The notes under the pieces are model-generated. The model was not told where the DNA came from. It saw only the letters and a program-made list of their open reading frames with translations, and did not search any database. Positions 57,188-64,000 of a stretch of DNA of 64,000 bases are shown here, one piece after another. This DNA is from Eledone cirrhosa (Eukaryota), in assembly GCA_964016885.1 (NCBI GenBank), contig OZ024742.1, forward strand, positions 306,404,001 to 306,468,000. Reading direction: 5' to 3'. A program made the position numbers and the translations under genes. Position 1 is the stretch's first letter. Each line of letters opens with the position of its first letter.

Positions 57188-57790
57188 TATTCCGGGTTGA
57201 ATCGGAGGTAACCACAATAAGTAAGGTACTCAATACATTGCAGAGTATAAAAATTTTAATATAGATGAGATTCTACAGGACTAGAACTGTTTCATTCTTT
57301 AGAAATCATCAGGAATCTGGGTATCAAAAAATAAATATGGTATTTATAGGTCTCTAGAAGTGGTAGGAGAGGGTGGGGAGTGGGATGGGTGTAGGTCATT
57401 GGTTGATAGAAAAGGGAATTCATTAAAGCTAATTCTACAAAGCTATAGTTTATTTTTATTAATTTTTGTTTTTAGAGTAACAAAGGCAGACAGAATTCTA
57501 TAAACAGGTTCCGGATGGCATACCATTCCTTGTCATTAAGTTTCTCTTAAGCTAACAGATGTCTATAAGATCAGTGGGGGGTCAGTCATGGTAGATAGAA
57601 ATAAAGGAAAGGGAAATTCCTTAAGAGCTAAATTCATTAAGGTTCTACTAAGTGACAAAGGTTTAGAGAATTCTGTAGACAGATTCAAAATACTGAGTGC
57701 ATATCTTACAATTATCTTCGAACTTCTCTTAAACTAATCAACTATATGCCAAAAATCAACAGACACATTCACAAAAAAACACACTCACTC
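57188..57790 (-). mobile_element. Non-coding HHR-bearing module (PLE pLTR-like)
   Basis: Homologous to 24565-24691; HHR 80 nt from the (TA)n junction; right boundary approximate. Confidence 0.7.
57268..57318 (-). ncRNA. Type-I hammerhead ribozyme, canonical core
   Basis: AGATTC-CTGATGA-tTTCTaaAGAAt-GAAA-CAG ttctagtc CTG-TA-GAATCT: perfect 6-bp stem I, GUA site. Confidence 0.85.
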
Positions 57791-57890
57791 ACACACTCGC
57801 GCGCAACCATAAACACACATACACATACACATATACACACATAAAAACACACACATATATATATAAATATATCCATATATATATATATAT

Positions 57891-57958
<68 letters not shown>

Positions 57959-57992
57959 ATATATATACACACACACACACACACACATATAT

Positions 57993-58026
<34 letters not shown>

Positions 58027-58033
<7 letters not shown>

Positions 58034-58200
58034 TAACAGATTAAAGTTTAAGCAAAGAATCGCTGCTTTCACCGTTAAGCTACATCTTTGCTTAAACTTT
58101 AATCTGTTATTTTAATAAATATTTGCTCTACGGTTCTTATATATTTGATATATATTTATCCTTATCGAGCCCTCTTTGGATTTTAGTCTTCAAATTTATT
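58027..58200. mobile_element. Short fold-back (32-bp perfect arms) with tail, between (TA)n tracts
   Basis: 58027-58058 / 58085-58116. Confidence 0.85.
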
Positions 58201-58205
58201 ATTAT

Positions 58206-58236
<31 letters not shown>

Positions 58237-58328
58237 ACGAAGGAATTGTGGTAAGGAACCAGATGGACCATAACGCACCAAAGTACTCAATACTTAAGGT
58301 AGTAGAGTGGGTAATAGGAAGAAGTATG

Positions 58329-58424
58329 ACCCCGACGGCAGAGCTTAAGCCGTTTCGACGGCTATTTCTTGACTAAATATGAATTTTCAGCCTGGTAAAT
58401 AAATAGCCGAACTTCTCAGGGGGT
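58329..58424 (-). ncRNA. HHR-like motif with CUGAGAA core (left arm)
   Basis: Mirror of 60326-60421. Confidence 0.65.
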
Positions 58425-60325
58425 ATTTCCTTATATGGGAAGATAGTAATTGTCAAGAGGAGTGGTAAACAATTTGTTGTAAAGACAGATGAATCTATCA
58501 TGGCATTTGGTGGGAGGTAGGGTTGGCTGAACTTGCCGGTAGAACAAAGAGGGACTGGGGGAAACCCAGTCAAGCGTTGAAAGTGAAGTCTATACAGCAG
58601 ATTCTAAGGATAGTGTATAAAAGGTCGAAAAAAGTGAACTGGAGAAGAGGAGGGGGTGAGTTGAAAAAATAGGTAAATCGAAAGGAAGTAAAAATAAAAA
58701 ACCCATTATAAAAATAAGGAAATAAATATATAAAAAACAATATGTAGTTACTACTCCATTTCCACAATCACCAAATTTCTCATTGGTATTGCTAAGCTAT
58801 AGAAAAGTTTAATAGGTGGAGAGTGGGAAAAATACTAAATACGAGAATGTAGTGAAAGAATTTTATAAAGCCGGCTTTACAGGGGGTCTAACACCACTGC
58901 TATAGATAGTTAGTAATCTGCCAATGCTATCTTACAATGACAGGTTAATAAGTTGAGAACAAAAATACAAAAATACTAATACAAAAATACTAATACAAAA
59001 ATACTAATACAAAAATACCTCTAAGAAATTTAGAAACCACAGAAATAGAGCAGCAACCAGAAAGAAAAAAAATTACTGGAGTCTAACACATCTGCTATAA
59101 AAAGCGTAATCGGCCAATTCTATCTTAAAATTAGGGAGGAGGGGGTACTGAGGCTACAGAGGACGAAGGGCTGCATCGGGCTAGGCGAAAGGTGAAAAAA
59201 AGACGAGGAAGGAGATCTAGAGTGGAAGGACTAGCAAGAGATGGGGGAAGAAGGAAACATAGAGGAGAAGATAAAAAAGTTACGTCTACCTTTGTAAGCA
59301 GGGGTTACTCCTTACAAAATCGGCAAGTGGGGGGTATCAGCTCTTGTCTCCCCACTCTCCGGGTCATTATGGGGTTTGAGGGTGAGGTAAGTCCTTACAA
59401 AATCGGAGTGGGGTAGACAAGAGCTGATACACTCCACTTGACGATTTTGTAAGGGGTAACCCTTGCATACAGAGGTAGACGTAACTTCTTTATCTTTTCC
59501 TCTACGTTTCCTTCTTCCCCCATCTCTTCCTAGTCCTTCCACCCCAGATCTCCTTCCTCGTCTTTTTTTCACCTTTCACCTACCCCGATGCAGCTCTTCG
59601 GTCCTCTGTAGCCTCAGTACCCCCTCCTCCCTAATTTTAAGATAGAATTGGCCGATTACGCTTTTTATAGCAGATGTGTTAAACCCCAGTAATTTTTTTC
59701 TTTCTGGCTGCTGCTCCATTTCTGTGGTTTCTAAATTTCTTAGTGGTATTTTTGTATTAGTATTTTTGTATTAATATTTTATATTAGTATTTTTGTAGTA
59801 ATATTTTAGTATTTTTGTTCTCAACTTATTAACCTGTCATTGTAAGATAGTATTGGCTGATTACCTAACTATCTATAGCACTGGTGTTAGACACCCCTGT
59901 AAAGCCGGCTTTATAAAATTCTCCACCTATTAAACTTTTCTATAGCTTAGCAATACCAATGAGAAATTTGGTGATTGTGGAAATGGACTAGTAACCAGAT
60001 ATTGTTTTTTATATATTTATTTCCTTATTTTTATAATGGTTTTTTTTTTACTCCCTTTCGATTTACCTATTCTTTCACCACCACCCCCACCACCCCTCTC
60101 CTCTTCTCCAGTTCACTTTTATCGACCTTTTATACACTATCCTTAGAATCTGCTGTATAGACTTCACTTTCAACGCTTGACTGGGTTTCCCCCAGTCCCT
60201 CTTTGTTCTACCGGCAAGTTCAGCCAGCCCTACCTCCCACCAAATGCCATGATAGATTCATCTGTCTTTACAACAAATTTTTTACCACTCCTCTTGACAA
60301 TTACTATCTTCCTATATAAGGAAAT

Positions 60326-60421
60326 ACCCCCTGAGAAGTTCGGCTATTTATTTACCAGGCTAAACATTCTTATTTAGTCCAGAAATAGCCGTCGAAACGG
60401 CTTAAGCTCAGCCGTCGGGGT
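60326..60421 (+). ncRNA. HHR-like motif with CUGAGAA core (right arm)
   Basis: ACCCC-CTGAGAA-GttCGGCTATTT...AAATAGCCGtC-GAAA-CGGC ttaagctca GCCG-TC-GGGGT. Confidence 0.7.
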
Positions 60422-60445
60422 CATTCTTGTTCCTATATATATATA

Positions 60446-61104
60446 GATAAATCAGGAAAGAAGAGTGACACGGTTTGCTATACAAAAAAGGTTTTTAATC
60501 TCATTGCTGACAATTGTTTCTCTGAACTGGTAGGTCTAGAGATCGCTACCCGCTTGTGTTCACGTTATTCAATCACCAATACAAAGGTATAACCACTCAA
60601 TTCATCGGAGCTTGTGAGAATGAAAGGAATATACAGGCATGGCTACTATATATAGTAGTAATGGCATTCAATCAGAACAACAATACTAACAATGCTAGCA
60701 AGAAAATTATTTGAAATAATCACAACATCAATCTAGGTGGGAAGTATAGTATATCTACGATGTTATCACTAGCTCCGATGAATTGACTGGTTATAACTTT
60801 GTATTGGTGATCGAATAAGTAAAAACAAGTGGGTAGCGATCTCTAGACCTTCCAGTTCAGGGAAACAATTGTCAGCAATGAGATTAAAAACCTTTTTTTG
60901 TATAGCAAACCGTGTCACTCTTCTTTCCTAATTTATCATTACTCCAAGAGTTTACAACATAGGAATTACAGCGTACTCGCAACATCACTATGGAAACGCC
61001 TTGTTGAGTCAAACTTAGCCAAGCGTTGATATTATCCACTACCCGGAGTACCATAACTGGACTACACTTAAGTGGACTACCTATAACAATAATTTTTTAC
61101 CCCC

Positions 61105-61106
<2 letters not shown>
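60446..61106. mobile_element. Fold-back module (172-bp arms) with HHR in each arm and 165-bp tail
   Basis: Arms 60446-60617 / 60766-60937; (TA)n flanks. Confidence 0.9.
60772..60876 (+). ncRNA. Type-I HHR motif, CCGAUGA core, palindromic stem III (mirror copy 60506-60611 on minus)
   Basis: GCT-CCGATGA-atTGACTGG...CCAGTTCAgg-GAAA-CAATTG-TC-AGC. Confidence 0.65.
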
Positions 61107-61170
<64 letters not shown>

Positions 61171-61174
<4 letters not shown>

Positions 61175-61700
61175 TTGCGAGGTTTTTTATATGAAATCGT
61201 GTGTCGAAACAGATATTGTTATATTTGGGGAGGGTCATATTTGCGTAATATTGCCAGAATTAATAACAGAACACACTCACTGTTTGGTTGGTTTTCGCTT
61301 CTCGCTGTCTTTTATATATATATATCTGCGATCTAACTTACTCGGTCCTCAATGTTGCCATTGACTGACCGGCGGTCATAGACAGACTGAACAAAAAAAT
61401 GGCGTAGACATACAACACAACAGGAGGAACAATGAATATAACACCACTGATGATGTTGCAGATGTGCAACGAAAGATTTATGTAAATTATGTAAACTATA
61501 TATATGTGTTTGTGTCTATATTGTATCTGTATTATTTTTGACCGCCGGTCAGTCAATGGCAACATTGAGGACCGAGTAAGTTAGATCGCAGATATATATA
61601 TATAAAAGACAGCGAGAAGCGAAAACCAACCAAACAGTGAGTGTGTTCTGTTATTAATTCTGGCAATATTACGCAAATATGACCCTCCCCAAATATAACA

Positions 61701-61704
<4 letters not shown>
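61171..61704. mobile_element. Fold-back module with apparently perfect 166-bp arms, 42-bp tail, HHR-like core in spacer
   Basis: Arms 61213-61378 / 61539-61704; CTGATGA-t-GTTGCA gatg TGCAAC-GAAA at 61447-61474. Confidence 0.9.
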
Positions 61705-61735
<31 letters not shown>

Positions 61736-61740
61736 GATAG

Positions 61741-61771
<31 letters not shown>

Positions 61772-61833
61772 GATAGAGAGAGAGAGAGAGATACATATAT
61801 ATATATATATATATAAATGTATATGTATATATA

Positions 61834-61929
61834 AAACGTGTCCCAAAAATATGTATACACAAAGGCTCTGCATTCTAATTAATATTGCCTGTATAGTTAA
61901 TCAAAATGTGTATACATTTTTGGGAAACC

Positions 61930-61932
<3 letters not shown>
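61834..61932. mobile_element. About 100-bp Tc1/mariner-type MITE in TA
   Basis: TIRs ..GTGTCCCAAAAATATGTATACAC / GTGTATACATTTTTGGGAAACCCTG with TA flanks. Confidence 0.65.
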
Positions 61933-61998
<66 letters not shown>

Positions 61999-62132
61999 GA
62001 AATGTTTATATATATATATATATATATATAGATAGAGAGAGAGAGAGAGTGAGAAATGTTTATATATATATATATATAGAGCGAGAGAGAGAGAGAGAGA
62101 GAGTGAAAGAGAGAGAGAGAGTGAGAAATGTT

Positions 62133-62171
<39 letters not shown>

Positions 62172-62182
62172 TGAGAAATGTT

Positions 62183-62234
<52 letters not shown>

Positions 62235-62248
62235 GAGTGAGAAATGTT

Positions 62249-62270
<22 letters not shown>
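61933..62270. repeat. Tandem compound unit (TA)n(GA)nGTGAGAAATGTT, 5 copies
   Basis: GTGAGAAATGTTTATA recurs five times. Confidence 0.9.
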
Positions 62271-62284
<14 letters not shown>

Positions 62285-62332
62285 GTGTGTGTGTACATTT
62301 GTGTGTATGGTGAACAATGAAGATAAAAGGTG

Positions 62333-62581
62333 AAGATTAGTCCTTAATTGACTCATTGTTTTACGATCGTTTCAGAAGGTTGATTGATAATGAATAATCG
62401 ATAATGGCTAATCGACAATACTTTGTATGCCATTGTATGTAAGGAAGGCGGTGAGATGGATCTGATATGTCGAGACTAATCATATGGGGGTATATAATTT
62501 CTATCGATTTGTGACTTTTATCATGATCAATGAACCTTCTGGAACAATCGAAATACTATTAACTACTTAAGCATTAATCTT
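62333..62581. repeat. Aged fold-back with relic HHR 3' half
   Basis: Imperfect arms 62333-62393 / 62521-62581; minus-strand GAAACGATCGTA. Confidence 0.6.
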
Positions 62582-62637
62582 CTCTTTTTTTTTCATTGTT
62601 CAAAACAAACACACACACACACATATATATATATATA

Positions 62638-62734
<97 letters not shown>

Positions 62735-63286
62735 CTGGTTGTGTATGCGTCTGTGTGTCTGTGTGTCTGTGTGGTGATATTGTTTGCGCCTGATTTCCGT
62801 GCCTCTGCCGGGATTAAGTTTACGATTTTATTTTTCATTTTAAGCTGCTATTTTGTTAGAGCTGAATACAGGTCCTTATTTCGTACGAACATATTATCCG
62901 TTCGATACTAAGTATAAACATGTTCCTCACTATTAAATGAAAGTGTTATTCATTTTGAAACTCTAGATTTTCTGGGCTTAAATCTTCTCCATATTCACAT
63001 GATATCAAATTGGTTCTGAATAGTCTTTTGTTGGTAAACATTCTGTAGCTTATATCCTGGTGTTTTTCATTTTTAATATACATTTGGTGTCTGCTAATTA
63101 GATTTACACCGAGTGTATAAACCAACGCAGCATTGATTTACCTATTGTGAAGGGTACGTCCGCAGAGGAATGACATTAACTAGTATAGGTTAATGAATCG
63201 TTGGTAATCGTCTGGCATTGACAAGTATCCTACAATAGGGTCGGATTGAACAATGCTGTGTGAGCAAAAATTACTACACGGAAACT

Positions 63287-63401
63287 ACAAATTAGAAAAC
63301 CATACTGGAGGACGTGCGTTTCACCGAACACACCACATCTATACACGAATTGAAAATCTGTTGGCGAAACGCGCGTCCTCGGGTATGGTTTGCTAATTTG
63401 T
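63287..63401. repeat. Short fold-back with HHR 3' half GAAACGCGCGTC
   Basis: ACAAATTAGAAAACCATACTGGAGGACGTGCGTTTCACCGAACA / TGTTGGCGAAACGCGCGTCCTCGGGTATGGTTTGCTAATTTGT. Confidence 0.75.
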
Positions 63402-63412
63402 TGTGGAACTAA

Positions 63413-63443
<31 letters not shown>

Positions 63444-64000
63444 ACTCTCTCTCTCTCTCACTCGCTCTCTCCTTCTCGCTCTCTCTTTCTCTCTCTATCT
63501 CTATCTCCTTATATATAGAGAGAGGGTGAGAGAGAGGAAGAGGGAGAGAGAGAGTGGAGAGAGAACGCCAGTGAGAGAGTGAGAGAGAAGGAGAGAAGGA
63601 GACTGAAAGACATGTGAAATAAGATGTAAAATAGAAAATTCGAGTTGAAACTGAAATAAGGTTACATTTAGGTAAGATGTAAAAATAGCCATATCCACAG
63701 AGGGTGGGATAAAGAGAATGATAGAAAGGAAGAGAGAATAAGAGAGGACTGAAACGGAAAGGAATGCATAACAATCATTTGTTCATTGAATATCATTTGG
63801 TGAAAGAGAAAAGGAGTAAGAAATGAACGGTATGAGGTTGAGTGAGGTTTAGTGTGAGTAAGGAAACAGAGAAAATAAGACACAGGAGAAATTGAAAAGA
63901 AAAAGAAAGGAAAAAATAGGGATAGTGAGAGAGAAGGAGTGGGTCAGTTATATGGGTGAAATGGAAATACTGATAAATGCAACTAGCTGCATGATTAGGT

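Larger units (their letters stand above)
58238..60435. mobile_element. 2.1-kb palindromic non-coding element with an HHR-like motif in each arm
   Basis: Arms about 58312-59360 / 59404-60435; mirrored ORF pairs in the ORF track; 75-bp unpaired tail at left; (TA)n flanks. Confidence 0.93.

Noticed and set aside
58373-60377. Mirrored short ORFs in the palindrome arms
   Set aside because: No recognisable domains; duplicated only because of the inverted repeat

Overview
AT-rich, microsatellite-dense eukaryotic intergenic/intronic DNA. The repeat complement suggests a cephalopod, probably Octopus (inference). No host protein-coding exon can be supported. The window contains: (1) a near full-length but frameshifted RTE-clade LINE (APE+RT+C2H2) in a head-to-tail RTE stack joined by (CATA)n; (2) two decayed Penelope-like element (PLE) bodies (RT-thumb/GIY-YIG); (3) a decayed R4/NeSL-type REL-endonuclease LINE 3' end split by a SINE with a 10-bp TSD; (4) about 15 tRNA-derived SINE copies; (5) a 6.4-kb 78-bp minisatellite with higher-order structure; (6) two MITEs. 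The most striking signal is a dispersed set of more than 10 short non-coding modules, mostly at (TA)n or other dinucleotide tracts and from several unrelated sequence families. They are fold-back or terminally redundant, and most carry type-I hammerhead ribozyme (HHR) motifs, several with recurrent non-canonical cores (CCGAUGA, CUGAGAA). They include a 340-bp retrozyme-like monomer, a 2.1-kb palindrome with a ribozyme in each arm, and a train of six modules at 57-61.7 kb. All structures were read by eye, so coordinates may be off by a few bases and ribozyme activity is untested.
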